Source of the DNA: Vicugna vicugna
Lineage: Eukaryota
Assembly (NCBI GenBank): GCA_013265495.1
Contig: MU058059.1
Span: 3,201,502 to 3,265,501, forward strand
DNA length: 64,000 bases
Direction of reading: 5' to 3'
Shown: positions 24,091 to 38,276 of the stretch, in pieces
How the letters are laid out: each line of letters starts with the position of its first letter
Position numbering within the stretch: the first letter of the stretch is position 1
The notes under the pieces: generated by a model
What the model was told of the DNA's origin: nothing
The model's database searches: none
The model's input: only the letters and a program-made list of their open reading frames with translations
Translations under genes and position numbers: made by a program

Positions 24091-26665
24091 GTGACAAGAG
24101 CAGACATCCTTGCCTCATTGTTAATCTTAGGAGAAAAAGAAAATATCTAAATTCTGTTTGCTGAATTTTGTCCATTAATGGGAATATTGAATTTTATCAA
24201 AAAGCTTTTCCTGTGGTGTTGAAATGGTTATTTATTTATTTATTGCTTTTAGTCTTTTAATACTGTGAATTATATAGATAGATTTTCAGACATTAAGCTG
24301 ACCTTGAATTCCTGGCATAAATCCCACTTGGTCATTATGTAACATCTTTTTTACGTTGGTGGATTTGGTTTGCTAATACTTTGTTGAGGATTTTTTGTTA
24401 CATGATTATGAGGTATATTGGTCTATAATTTTTTTGTAAAAGACTATTCTGGTTTGGTATCAGGGTGTTGATGGTGTCATAAAATAGATTCCTTTCTCTT
24501 TTCTTTTTCAGGAGAGTTTGTGTAGAAATTGGCATTATTTCTTACTTACGTGTTGTATAGTATTCACCATTGATGCCATCTGGGCCTGGAGTTTTCTCTG
24601 TTTTTAAATGTGAAATCAATTTCTTTAGTGAGTTTCAAGTTGTTGAGATTCTGTTTTATCAATGAGCTTTGGTGGTGTGGGCCTTTCAAGGAATTTGTCT
24701 ATTTCATTTAATTTGTTGAATTTATTTGTATAAAGTTTATAATACTTCTTTATTATCCTTTATGTATTTATGGAATCTGTAGTGATATTCCCTCTTTCAT
24801 TGTTGGTTTTGGTTATGTAGGGCTCCTCTATTTTATTTCTAAAAGATCTGGCTGAGAGATTTATATGTTTTATTGATTTTTTTTTAAAGAACCACTTTTC
24901 ATTTTCATTGATTTTTCTTTTCTTTTAATTTGGATATATTCTTACTATATTTCTATAATTGGTTCTGGTTTAATTTCTTTATTGTGTGAGAACAAACTCC
25001 GTATGATTTTAATTATTTTAACTTTGTTAACATTTGTTTATGATCCGTGATGTGGCCTATCTTGCTGAATATTCTATGTGCCCTTGAAAAGAATGAGTAT
25101 TCTGTTTGTTGTGTAGATTTTTCTATAAATGTCAATTAGATCCAGTCAGTCTGAATCACTGGCATTTTTTTTAGTTCGTTTATAACCTTGTTGGTTTCTG
25201 TCTTACTGGGAGAGTAATTGAAGCTTCCAACTCTTACCAGTTTGTTTATTTCTCCTGCCAGTTCTGTCAGGTTTTGCTTCCTGTACTTGAAGCTATGCTG
25301 CTAGTTGCATACACATTTAGTGAACTGATCCTTTTATCAGTGTATGGTGTGTTCCTCTTGGCTTTGAGATCTCTTTTGTCTGATATTAATATAGTCTCTC
25401 CAGCTTTCCTCTGATTATGCTTGCATTGCATATCTTTTTCCATTCTTTTACTTTTAACCTACTCATACCATTATATTTGAAGTGAATTTCTTAGTAGTAG
25501 TAGCATATAGTTTTGTCATTTTTTTTGACAGTCTCTAGATTTTAATTGGTGCGTTTAAAGTATTTGCATTTTATATAATTATTGCTGTTTGCATTAGTTC
25601 TATTATTTTATTACTGTTTTGTTTCTTCTGTTTTTTATTCCTCAGTATTTCTTTTCCTGCCTTCTGTTGGGTTATTTGTACATTTTTAAATATTCAGGTT
25701 TAATTTACCTAATGTGATTTTGATTATCTCTTTGTGTATTGATTGTTCCAGTGATTACAGTATATATCATGGGCCCAGAACCTAATTATATACTAAATGC
25801 TTCCTTGACTGAAGTTACAGTTTTAAAATCCAATCGCGATTTCTATTGTTAGTGCTGAAATTTTCCAAATAAACTCATTGAAAAATAATACAAGCTTTTT
25901 AAAACATACAGCCCATTAATATAAATTTATTGTCATGTATAATTTTTCTGACGAAATACAACACGTCTTCATTCACTGATAACTTTTTTGCTTAATCTAC
26001 AGAAGATACTGCTTTATCTTCATAGTCTCACCTAGGTTAATGCCTGTTGATACTATGCAGCTCAGTTTTGCTTTTGAGTCTGAACTTTTGTGTCTATATA
26101 TGACTTGTAACTCTAACTCTGTAAGCTAGCTCTGAGGACAGTGCTAAGTTTAAGTGATTCTGTTTATATGGTAATAGCCGAATCCGTTAAGTGGCTGTCA
26201 GGGAAACTTTGCCTTTTGTGTGTAGTGTCAAAAATTTCCCTTTGTCTCCTTGTTTCCTTATCTATAAATGGACGATTTGAGTTATTTAAAGTCTGGCAGC
26301 TTTTTTTTGTTGAAATATACTCTAATTTGGCTATATCCAGGTTAATTTAACCTACTAGTTTTTTTTTATATTTTATCAATTAGTTCAGTTTAGTTAAGGG
26401 ATTTTGGTTTTGTTTCTGTTGAAACCAAACTAATTTTAAAGCACCAGTAGAACAATTTGAAGAGCATAGATTTTACTGGTTTTTTGTTCAAGATATCTGA
26501 GTTTTAATAATTCATATAGATGCTAGAATGTAGCTTACTTAAGTCTGTAATACCCATCTATAGGAAATTTATAGCGTGAAATAGTTAAAATCAGGCTTGC
26601 CAGTTACTCTGCTTGTGACTGTGGCTCATGTCACAGTCCCGTTGGCCAGCATCCTCAGTTTAGCC

Positions 26666-26789
26666 CAGTGCTGTGCTGTAGAGCGTTCTGGGGTAGTAGA
26701 AATATGTGTCTGCACCATATCATTTGGTAGCAACTTTAATAAATTTAACTTTCAGCGACCACATGTGGCTAATAGGTCATCAGACAGCA
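26666..26789 (+). mobile_element. MER3-like hAT-Charlie MITE, internally deleted
   Basis: cagtgctgt...tagagcgttctg...gaaatatg...ccacatgtggcta...gacagca. Confidence 0.65.
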
Positions 26790-27568
26790 ACACAGGTATA
26801 GTCTCATGGCTTCCCCTTTCTTATGTAAAAGTCCCTTTTGGGAATTTTTTCTGGATCTCTCAAGCAAAACCTTCCCAGAAGTTCTTTGGCCTATTAAATT
26901 AGCTTGCAGAGCAGGAGACAGAAGGCTGAATAAGTTGGAAAGAAAACAATACATGAAGTGATAACTATAGTACAGTATGATAAGGATTAAATCAACAAAT
27001 AGGTCAATAGAGTGACTGGATACCTGGGGATAGATGTCTGGGAGTACAGTGAATGAAAATAAACCACTCTGGGGATTTTAAGTAGTAAGGACTTAATTAA
27101 TTTAATTTAAAATAGAATTAGATGTTATAAAATTACTGATCAAACCTATCAAGTTACTGGTTGGGTCTTCAGAAATAATTTCCAGACCAGTGCAGAACTA
27201 CTGCAGAATCTGTTAGGAGTTCCTGCCATTGAAACCATGCTGGAATGACAAACACCTTGCTTCCACTTGGACTGCTGCTCGTTATCCAGGAAACTGATGT
27301 TAGATATTAGTCTGGAGAAGATGGGAAGAAATATGGAAGTTGTCTTTTCTTCTTTTCAGTGGCAAACTGAATGGACTTGAACAAGGAAGCTTTAATTAGA
27401 AGCTCAAATTGTTAAATGAAAATTTATTTTAGGCTTGATTAGCCTCTCTGAGAAAATTAATTATTTTACAGAGACATAGAGGAAATTGCACTAATTGTGG
27501 TGCATAAACTTTAAGTAGGTTTTATTGCATATGTATACAAATAACCCTTCTATATCCATTCTTTACAG

Positions 27569-27748
<180 letters not shown>

Positions 27749-28044
27749 TGAAAAAGACTCCTGATTAGTATTTGTGGTAATTACTCACAAAATAAAAAGC
27801 AGTATGGGTGCCAGATCAATTCAGACTGTTTATCTAAGCCCCTTAGAGGTAAATTGGATTCCTAGGGATGAGATTGTTTTCCTTTCCCTAAGATAACATG
27901 ATTACTAATACCGCACAATTACTTGAGAAGTAATCATTGAGCCAGGGGGCAGTGGGGGGATGGGGGATCCAAGTCCTCAGTCATTTCTTCTCTCACCCCT
28001 TCTCACACCCCTGAAACACATATACAGTAGCTATTCAGTTTTCC

Positions 28045-28215
28045 ATATCTGTAACTTTGGATAAATTTACACGAACACTTTCAACTTCAGAGTATCTCTC
28101 TATTAATAGACAGCAGAGCTTTATAGAATTGTTGTGACAGTGAAATTACTTAAGTATTGTACTTAATGCAATGCTTGATACGTAGTAAGTGCCCAATAAA
28201 TGTTAACTATTTTGT
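28045..28215 (+). mobile_element. MIR SINE
   Basis: tgtaactttggataaattt ... gaattgttgtga ... gtagtaagtgcccaataaatgttaactatt. Confidence 0.7.
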
Positions 28216-28449
28216 TGTTTTATCATTAATCATTGCTAATGACCCGTGATTCTCTCCTTTTACATGTATCTTTCTTCATTCCTACTCAATTTAGTACCTC
28301 AGAACCTTTATTTAGACTTTTGCAACTGTCTCCTAACTAACTAGTCTCACTATCCCTAGTCTCTCCTCATCTAGTTAGTTTTATACATTACCTTTGAATT
28401 TTTCTTTTTGTTTTGTTTTCTTCCTTTTAAGTCCTTTTCCTCCCCTAAG

Positions 28450-31400
28450 CTATTTTCTTGTTGAAGGACATCTGAAATGTTTCCAGTTTGGGAAATATGA
28501 ATAAAGCTGCTAAGAACATCTGTGTACAGATCTTTTTTTTAATAGCTTTATGGAGGTATAATGTATTTACCATAAAATTCACCACCCATTTAAATGTGCA
28601 ATTCAGTGATTTTTAGTAAGTTTATAGAATTGCATAGCCATCATCATAATCCAGTTTAGACCATTTCCATCATTGCTAAAAGATCCTTATGTCCATTTGC
28701 TGTGTTTTCCCGTTGCCACCCCAAACCCCAGACAACCCCAAATCTGCTTTCATAATCAAGACACATAAGTTTTCAACTTTGTTCTTTTCAAAAATCCTTT
28801 TGGCTATTCAGGGTCCTTTGCATTTCCATATAAATTTTAGAATTAGCTTGTCAGTTTTCACAAAAAAATCTTGCCGGAATTTTTATAGAGATTGTATTGA
28901 ATCTGTAAATTGAATCTGTAGATCACTTTGAATAGTATTGGCATCTTAACAATATGTTTTCCAATCCATCACCACAGAATCTCTCTCCATTTATTTAGAT
29001 TTCCAGTTTTCTTGAGCAATGCTTTATAGTTGTCAGTGTACAAATCTTGTGCTTCTGTTGTTAAATTATTAGTATTTTATTCTTTTGGATGCTGTTGTGG
29101 ATAATTTCTTTTTGGATTTTTCATTGCTAGTATATAGAAACAAATATTTTTGTATCATGGTTGTTTATCCTTAGACCTTGCTGAACTCACTTATTGGTTC
29201 AAAAAGTTTGAGGATTCCTTAGGATTTTCTACACGTGGAATTATGTCTTCTGGTTGTGAAGATAATTGAACTTTTTTTCCAGTATAAATACTTTCTTTTT
29301 TTTTTTTCTTGCTTGATTGCACTGGCAGTCTCTGCTTTTGATTACAATGTTTAATCCACTCACGTTTAATGTAATTATGGCTAAGGTTGGATTTTTATCT
29401 CCCATTTTACGCTGTTCTTAGGTATCTCATGTCTTTTTTCTCTCCCATCTTTGCTGCCTTTATTTAAAAAATACTTTTCAGTATACTGTTTAAATTTTTC
29501 TGATTTTTTTAAACTATGTTTCTTGAATGATAATCTTAAAATGTTGATCTAGGGATTATAATGTGCATGCTAATTATCCAGGTTAATGTTGACTTAATTC
29601 CAGTAAAATATAGCAACCTTGCTCCAGTATAGCTACATTTCATTCCCATCCTTTGTGTTACCTGTGTAATATAGATTACATCTACATTTGTTATTCACCC
29701 CAAAACAGAATGTTACAATTATTGTTTTATACAGTCTTCCTGAGGAATAAGAGAAGAAAAGAGAAATATATATTTATACAGTGTTTTGTTTTTACCTATA
29801 AATTTATCAATTTTGGCACTCTTAATTTCTTCCTGTGAATTCAGAGTACTCTTGTGTCATTTCCTTACAGTCTATAAGAATTTTTCTTATTATTTACTAT
29901 AAGACAGATCTTCAGCTGTGATTTCTCTTAGTCTTCATTGATTTAGGAATATCTTGATTTTGCCATTTTTAAAAAACAGCTTTATTGAGATATAATTCAC
30001 ATACCATACAATTTACTCATTTAAAATGAGTAATTCAGTAGTTTAGCATATGTTTACAGAGTTGTGCAGTCATCACCTCTTTCAATTTTAGAACATTTTC
30101 ACCTGAAAAAGAAACCCTATGTATTCACTCCCCATTCTGTCCCCAAATCCCACAGCCCTAGACACCACTAAATTTCTTTCTGTCTCTGTAGATACAGAAT
30201 TCTTATTTGACTTTTCCCTTTTGGTGGATTGTCATCCCACTTCTTTCTCGCTTTAACTGTTTCTATGAGAATTCAGCTGTTAATTGTGATGATTTTTTTC
30301 ATTACTCTTTTCTCTTTTGTCTTTAAACAATTTGACTGTAATGTGTTTAGGATCCCTTTGTGTTTATCCTGCCTATGGTTTGTTGAGTTTCTTGTAGATC
30401 ATTTGTTTTCATGAAATTTGAGGGGTTTAATTTACTGATTCTGGGGTTTTTTTTTGTTTTTTTTTTGCCATCTCATACCTGCTGTTGAACATACCTGATG
30501 CATTTTCAGTCACTCTGCTTTTCAGATCCTCTCTGTGTAATTTTTCTTTATTGATAGTCTCTATTTGATTAGTCATTATTGTCATACTTTAATTCTTTAA
30601 ATATTATTTTGTTTCTTTCCTTTCTTTCTAATAGCTGCTCTCTTGACCCACTCAGAAGTTTCTGTTAAATACTTTTTTCTCTTGCTTTTCTGTCTTAATT
30701 TTTATTGAAAATTGGACAGTTTAGGTCAAACTATAGCAGCTCTGGATTTTCATTATTTCCCCCCTTAGAGTTGTAATCGTTGCTAGTTTGTTTGTTTTTA
30801 GTAAAATGTCAGGCGTTTTTCTGCAGATATTTGTCATTTTGTCATGACCACTGGTGTCCATGTTAGGGAGAGTTGTTTGTTTGCTTTTAGCCTTGCTTTC
30901 TAGGGGTTGCCCTGGGTCTGCATAGGTCAGTTAGCAGCCATCAGTTGGTCCAAGGTTGTGCACAAACACCATGAGCTGGTAAGACTTCCACCTTCCACTG
31001 ACATACTTGCGTGTGTGTTGGGGAGTGTGTTCAGTGTTCAGGCATTTTTCAAATCTGCCCTAATGTTTCCTTTCTGTTGGGCTTACCCAGGTCTTCCTTT
31101 CTGTGTGCCGCCTCCTAGTCAACTAAGGATGGTGTAGAGAGCTTGGACCTCACAGGTCTTCCCTGCACGTGCACACAGCGTCCCAGTGAGTGAGGGGTGG
31201 GTGCCGAGCTTAGTGTGAACATAACCTTAAGCTGGTAGAACTGTGGTTTTTTCCCCTCCATCCCTTTCCTACCCTTTTTGCTATTTTTAGCAACAGTATA
31301 GCTGGGTGGTAGGTTTTTGGCCTCCTTCACCAGTTCAGGTCGACTCTCTGGCAGCAAAGATGCTGGTTTTCGTTGCCAGCCCCACCCTGGTACCACTTCA

Positions 31401-31640
31401 TGCAAATCAAGCGTCGGTGAGGGAATGAGAACCACCCCAGGCAAGAATTCCAAAGACACTCACTGTTCTTACCTGTAGTTCACCAGTTTTTCTTGAAGAA
31501 AATGCTTCTCAGTTTGTTGTTTGCTTTTGTTCAGTTTCTAGAGCCTTGAAATGGTTGTTTTTGACAGCTTTGTTAGGTTTATGATTGTTTTCTTGGGGAG
31601 ATAAGTAGCCAATATCTTTACTCCACCATAGGCAGAAGTT
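28450..31640 (-). mobile_element. Mosaic of antisense L1 fragments: L1MB-like 3' ends at about 28535-28745 and 29965-30190, ORF2 relic, and an old L1 5' region
   Basis: aatagctttatggaggtataat and cagctttattgagatataattcacataccataca 3' ends; ttggctattcagggtcctttgcatttccatataaattttagaat ORF2 antisense. Confidence 0.75.
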
Positions 31641-31831
31641 CTCCCCGGATGTGTTTTAATATGCCAAATCTTAAGGAGAGTGATTCTGTTGACCGATTGA
31701 CCTTATCCAGCAAACCTTATGTGGGATGCCTGTTGTGTTATGTGCGTCTCCTGTGGCCCTTGGAATAAAACAATGAATGATTAAGTCCTGGCCTAAATCT
31801 TTTTTTGAGGACATGTAACTGATTACTCTAC

Positions 31832-32335
31832 CAGTGTGTCGAATGTTTTGCTCTCAGGACCCTTTGATACTCTTCAACATAACTGAGGAGCCCAAAGGGT
31901 TTTTTTATATGTGGACATGTCTGCTGATATTTACAATATCAGACATTAAAACAGAAAAAATTTAAATGTTCACTAATTGCTTTAAAAAACGATAAAACTA
32001 TTACACGTTAACACAAGTAATGTATTTCTTTGAAAAGCAACTATATATATATATACTATATATATATACACCAAAACAAAAAAAAATCAGTTAGAAGAGG
32101 GTTGTTGTTTTGAAGATATCTTCTATGTGTAGCTTAACAGAAGGTAGCCAGATTCTCATCTGCTTCTGCATTCCATATGTTCTGATACCACGTGTCATGT
32201 GGTTGCTAGAAAACTCAAATGTACATTCTTTAGAGAATGGGAAAGATACACAAACATCTTAGTATTATTGGGAGCATATTTCTGACCTTGCAGATCCCCT
32301 GAAATGTTCTCAGGAACCATACTTTGTGGATTTCT
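31832..32335. mobile_element. Charlie1b-like hAT DNA transposon derivative
   Basis: tctcaggaccctttgatactctt...tgaggagcccaaag...gatatttac at one end and gaccttgcagatcccctgaaa...ccatactttg at the other; about 500 bp. Confidence 0.75.
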
Positions 32336-32349
32336 GTGCTGTCGTCAGA

Positions 32350-33270
32350 AGCACACTAATGAAAGTATTTGAGTGAAAAGGAGAGAAGCAGTCAGTTCTA
32401 GGGTGTTCAGGGGTAGAAAAAGTGCTTAATCTGGATTCTCAAGGATAAATAAGTATGTGACCAGCAGAAAAATGGGATTAAAGGGGTAGTCTAAACAGGA
32501 GATGTAAAAAAGACAAGAGTGTGTTAAACTAGTCCATGAAGTTAGGATGGTTCATTATAGCCTGTGTGCCTTGCTAAAGATCTTGAATTTTATGCTGTAG
32601 CCATTGAGCAGAAGGGAAGGGCCATGGTGGAGTCCAGAGACAGTGTTACTTAAAACTCTAAGGAAAAGGCAATGTGGGCCGTGGCTGTGGGGATGCAAAG
32701 AAACTGGCAGATCTAAAAGACACTGAATTAATTAAACTTACTTGGATCTGTAGAAAAAGTAGTCTGGGTCCACTCGGAGGTTGATTGGACTATTCCGAGA
32801 GGGCATTCAGAAAAAGGAACAGATTGTTTCGAGAAGAATGTTTGGTTTGTACTTGTTGAATTAAGTTGGCCTTTGGAACATTCAAGTAGAAGTGTCAGTA
32901 GGCAGTTAGATATGAGTCTAGAGCTTGAAACAGCTAGACTAGAAGTAAATCCATGAGGATTTGTGGGAGAATGAGCCATAGGTGTGGAGGTGTCACCCAG
33001 AGGGAGTAGGACAAGAGTGAGAAGAGTGTACCCTGAGGAACTCAAAGGTTTCAGGTGGAGTCGGGAGGGGAGGAGCAAGGAGGACAGAGAGAGAAGCCGG
33101 AGAAGTTACCCAGAGAAGTCAGAGTGGGTGTCTGTTGCCAGACACCCCAGAAGCTAATAGGGAAGACGGGGCCATTGGATTTTATCCAGTGAGACTCCTT
33201 ACAGTAACCTCGATAAAGGTCAATTCAGTAGAGTTGTTAGAATACAATGTTGTTAGATTTGAGGAAAGAA
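32350..33270 (-). mobile_element. L2 LINE relic
   Basis: Purine-rich strand with ggcagttagatatgagtctagagct; minus-strand translation ISNCLL... resembles the L2 RT C-terminal region. Confidence 0.6.
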
Positions 33271-34709
33271 TTAAAATGTTTATTTCTAAATGTTTAAATG
33301 TAGTGAAGGTTGCATTTGTGAAATTACATCTGAGCTACTTGATGTCAGTTTTTTGGATTTGAATTTACAAGGCTAAGGTTGTTGAAGCTTTTATTCTTCC
33401 TAGGTACTTTGTATATTTTTGAAAATTGTCACTAAGTATACAGTAGTCCTGAGCATTGCCATCATAAAAATGTGATTTCTTTCAAGTGTACAGGCAAGCA
33501 AAAAGCAAACTTTTTACTACTGTATTTCTATTAAAAACATTGCTTAGGAAAGTTAAGAATACTTATTAATCATTAGATAAATAAAATAAACACGAAGAAT
33601 AAATGCAAACTATTAAATTCCTCATTTATTAACATTTGGCCTATGTAAAAGGATATATTCAACTGTTCTCAGTCTCACTTAATCATTCAGTAATTTTTCA
33701 AGACTGTACGTTTGTTTGGATAAGAGTCAGAAGCTCTTCCCAGGCAACACGCATGGTGCTTCCTGACATGCTTTGGGGTTTCCGAGCAGCTTACCATCAG
33801 AAGCTGTTGTTAGAAATAATTTTCTTCAGTTTTAAATAGATTTTTTGACTGCTTACTTGCACCTTAAAGAGGACCATAATTTCCATTCCAAATTTCCTGC
33901 TTATAGACCATGTTATTACTGCTTCTTATGACAAAATATGGTTAGAAGGGACAGTAGGAGAGAAGGTAGCATGACTTTTACTCATTTATTTGCAAAGTAT
34001 ATTTTTAGGATTCTCTTTTCTTAGTGAGTGTTTGGCCTTGAAGCCAGCCTCTAGCTTCTGCTGAGTTTTTTCTTCCATAAAATTTTTAGAAATGAATATA
34101 TAGTTCTGTTATGTAAATAGAGACCTTATTTACAGTTTAATGTGATACAGACATTGCTGTTATGAGATTTTAAATTAATAAGTTAAGCTGAACCAAAATT
34201 TAGTTTCTTAAATGCATTTAAATAGACCATAGTTTTAAATAATAATTACATGCTATAGCAATATACTTTTTATATAAAGTGCTTTCATTACCTCATTAAA
34301 TACTATAGTGGTCAGCGTTCATCAAAAATGTCTGCTCAAAATTCTTCAAATATTTGTCTTTTCACTGCTAATCTGTGGGGGTTTTACCTATTGGTTTTAG
34401 TTTGAAATTCTTTCCACTGAAGTTTTTAGCTATGAATTAGTATTCATAATTTGTGAAACAAAATCTTATAAAACCTCTTCTGATAATGTAAAATCTGGGT
34501 TAAACTCATAAACTATGAGAGTGGATGTTGCTTATCTTTCTAAATAGCTGTGTCCTGTCCTTTTCATCATCAGTATAGTTCAGACCTTCATTAGCTTTTC
34601 TCCACATGATAATCAAGAAATTTTCTTTTATTATTCAAGTAATATGATACATGTTCATTGTAGAAAAATTAGAAAACATATATAAGAATAATGAAAAAAG
34701 AAATTGCCT

Positions 34710-35197
34710 CACCAAAAACCACGAAGGCTCTGAGCTTTTACCCTACCCTACTTGCACGCTAATTAGTTTCATGGATTCTGGCAGAAGACATGAGACTCCT
34801 GAGTCAGATAAAGGAAAGTTTTGTCATAGCAACAGCAGTAACCATACATCAGCATTTGTGCCTGTTCTCTGAGCTCTGTTTCTCACAGAGGGTCCCAAAG
34901 AGGGCCAAGTGACAACTACATATACAGCAGCTTGTGTTACAGGAAAGGAACCCCAAATCTTTTATAATGGGTGATAAGTCTACCTGACCTTTGCCCTAAC
35001 GGGAGAAATTATTTATTATAAAAAACAAAACAGATCTGATCTCCCTCTGCTCCAGAGGGAGACACTATCTGTATCTTCCAAGGCTGTTCTCTGTACAGAT
35101 ATCCTTGAAAAGACAGTCCAGAGTAAAAGGATTTAGAGCATTTGCTTGCAGGACATGTGGAAATGGCAGGGGAGCCACGCAGCGTTGTCTCCCAACA
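34710..35197 (-). mobile_element. Solo ERVL LTR, LTR40-like
   Basis: Ends tgtctcccaaca (reverse complement TGTTGGGAGACA); internal ctccagagggagacactatct..tcttccaaggctgttc; about 490 bp. Confidence 0.8.
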
Positions 35198-35945
35198 CTG
35201 GTAACGCCGTTGCCGCAGACAGCCAGCAACGTTTGTTTTATATCCCTCTAGAGTTGTATGTGTTTTTTTAAATTTTCTTTTTTTCTAGGTAATTTTTTAC
35301 CTCTTCATTTTTCTATCTTGCTGAGTTGGTAAAGGCCACTAGCACATCATTTGATACCAGCAGTGATAGGAGGTCATTCTTGTCTTGCCATTGAAAGAAG
35401 AACATTAATATAAGTGAAAAAGACAAAGTACTTCAAAATTAAAAAGTGTGACTGTGTTAGGCATATTATGTCATAGATATGAAAGAAGAATGTGCCAGTG
35501 ATTCCTGAATTGTCAGAATATTTGTACCATTTGATAATACAGAAATTTCCAGACAACCACAAGTAAGTATTTCCTTTGAAAGTTACTTTCTCTAGATCTG
35601 AAAATAATTTTTAAAGTGGTAAAAATCTCAACAAAAACACTTTGTTCAGGTAGCACTTTCAAGGATAATTTTATTTTAGAGAACAGAGTAAGTTGGTAGT
35701 GGGTATGGATGCTCACACTGATCACCATATTCGATATTGCACAGGAGAGCATGATGAATATATTCTTGTGAACATTTTTCACTTAACATATTCTCAAGTT
35801 GATTTCTTTTATGGCCCAGAACAGTATCTTTATGTACGCAGGTGCAAGGCAGAAGGGACATCTTTATGTTTTTATTAGATTCTTTTGTTAATAACAAAGA
35901 CTCATATTTCTAAGGCAAATCTCTAGAACCTTGTTGGTTAACCTT

Positions 35946-36463
35946 TTTATTAATCATGCCTTTTTATTTCTGATGCTTCGACATCTGGGGCCTTGCTGAC
36001 CCTGGGGAGACTGCCCTTCCCAGGACTAGTCAGTTCTCAGAGATAGTGAACAACTCACTTGGTGCTGCACCTTTCATATGCAAACAGGCCTCTCTGGAGT
36101 CCATCTTACCCAGCTCTCACACTCTGGGCCACTGTCCCACTGCTCTAATAATCGTCTCAGAGCCAGTTACCAGACAACTGGAAAAACAACACCTAACCCC
36201 AGAGCCTGCTGAAATTGTTCAAACTAGCCAATCCTAAACCTGCTTACTCTGCCTTGCCTTTTTCTTCCTGTGAAAACCACACTGTAAGCTTTTGTTCATA
36301 CTTCCTTCTTCTCCCTCTGCCTCCTGACCCTGCACGGTGCTTCCCCGTGTGGCATTGCCCCCTCTTCTTTGGAACTCTTGAATGACAGACTGTCTTCAGT
36401 GGCAGTGGTCTCTGATCTGTTGGCCTCACCATTCCAGAATAATAAAATCTACATTTTACAACA
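35946..36463 (+). mobile_element. Solo ERVL LTR, MER74-like
   Basis: gatgcttcgacatctggggccttgctgaccc...gagactgcccttcccagg...agagatagt...ctttcatatgcaaac; CCAAT at about 36228; ends in CA. Confidence 0.8.
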
Positions 36464-36589
36464 ACCTTATAAGCAAAAGCCATGCCAGTTAAGCTCCATT
36501 TTATTAGCAAAACTGAAAAAACAAAGATTTTCATTTTTAACTAGGAAATAAATTATATGAGGCTTTTATTCTTCAGTAATCTGTACCAG

Positions 36590-37500
36590 TTAAGATATAT
36601 GGAAATCGTGTTCTCTTCCTAATTTGCTAATAGATTTATCAAGAATGAATGTAGATCGATTCAGTTGTTATTGTCAACCTATTAAGATCATCATATGATT
36701 TTTCCTTAGTCCTTTGATACAGTGAATTGTTGTAAGAGATTTTCTAATAATGAACTATTTTTATATTCTTTGGGTGAACCCTGCTTGGTTATGATGTATT
36801 ATCTTTCTAAGACACTATATTTGATTGAAGTTTATTTTTGCACTTACTTCATAAGGAATTTATGTGTACTCTTTGGTATTTGTTTTATTTTGCACTTGTA
36901 AAATGGATTGAGTAGCTTCTAATCTTATTTTTATGTTTTAGTATTGTTTATATGAAATGGGAAATATCTGTTCCCTGAATTTTTTATTAAAAATCTCTTG
37001 TAAAATCTTCTGGAATAGGTACCTTTTTAAACATAGTATCTATGGCTATCGCGTTTATTGTCTTCTGTGATCAGTGATCTGTTCGGTTTTCTATTTTTTC
37101 ATGACCAGTGTTTACTAATGCATGTTTTCCAAGAAAATAATCCATTTTCCAGGCCTTATGTTATTAATGGTCTAAAAATGAATACAGTATTCTTTAGTAA
37201 CTTTTAAAAATTTTTTGGCTGTTTTTTTAATATCCCTCTGGAATTGTATTTAAGTCTCAATCCCAGTCTTTTTTTTTCTTGTTTTTTTCCTCTTCTCTCA
37301 CATCTTCGTGATAAGACTCACTAAAAGTTGAATTCCATTGCGCGTTTTGAGTCACCTTTTGGTTGATAAATTCTACTTAAAAAAAAAATTCAGTATTTTT
37401 AATGCTCCTCCCCACTCTTCCTTCCTTTTATTTACTTTCTGTCCTGGATCAAAAGCTTAGTATCTTCTGCAGTCTGAGTCTACTTCTAGTTTGCTTCTGA
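36590..37500 (-). mobile_element. Old L1 ORF2 relic
   Basis: gatcatcatatgattttt ... gattttctaataatgaac ... cctgcttggttatgatgtattat antisense L1 motifs. Confidence 0.55.
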
Positions 37501-38081
37501 AAAAATCTCTATAATTATGGTATCTGTCATTTATTATCACAGTTCTTAAACTCAACAGCTAAGGTTCTGTTGCTTAGTTCTTAGTATCTAGCATGTTTTT
37601 CCAAAGGGTTATCATAGCTCGATTAAATATGCTGTACCGATTTGGGTGCTGGATTCTAAGAGTGAATTAGTAATTACTGTAGACCGTGAGGGTAGGATAC
37701 GTTGTCACATGAGTGGGCACGTGGTGTTAATAAAATGCAATCTGCTTATTGATTAAATCCAGAATTGCTTTTTCAGATTTAAATCTTTGTTCACTGGTGA
37801 TGTCTGTCTTATACTTAGACATAGATTTCTGGTATATTAAAGATACTTTGTTTTATTGTTATTTTAAAATTGTTAAGTAAAAGGGAATATGAAACAAGTT
37901 AGAAAAAAATGTTATAGTTGTTGAAAGTGGGTCTTGAGGACATTGAGGACAATGACGGTTTGTAATAAAATACCCTTTCTGCTTTTGTGTACATTTGAAA
38001 ATTTCCTTCATGAAGTATTTTTCATACCGTATGGCTTGGCTAATATTGTTATAACTTTATTCATATTTGATTTTTTAATAG

Positions 38082-38276
<195 letters not shown>

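Larger units (their letters stand above)
20385..25765 (-). mobile_element. Old L1M ORF2 relic, split by the younger + strand L1 at 21547-24090
   Basis: Antisense L1 ORF2 motifs; tgaatacaagtggtga (about 21527-21542) resumes as agagcagacatccttgcc (about 24097). Confidence 0.75.

Noticed and set aside
27010..27300. Possible ancient LTR (MLT1/Gypsy-like) fragment
   Set aside because: Only a short motif resembles a consensus; too degenerate to call.
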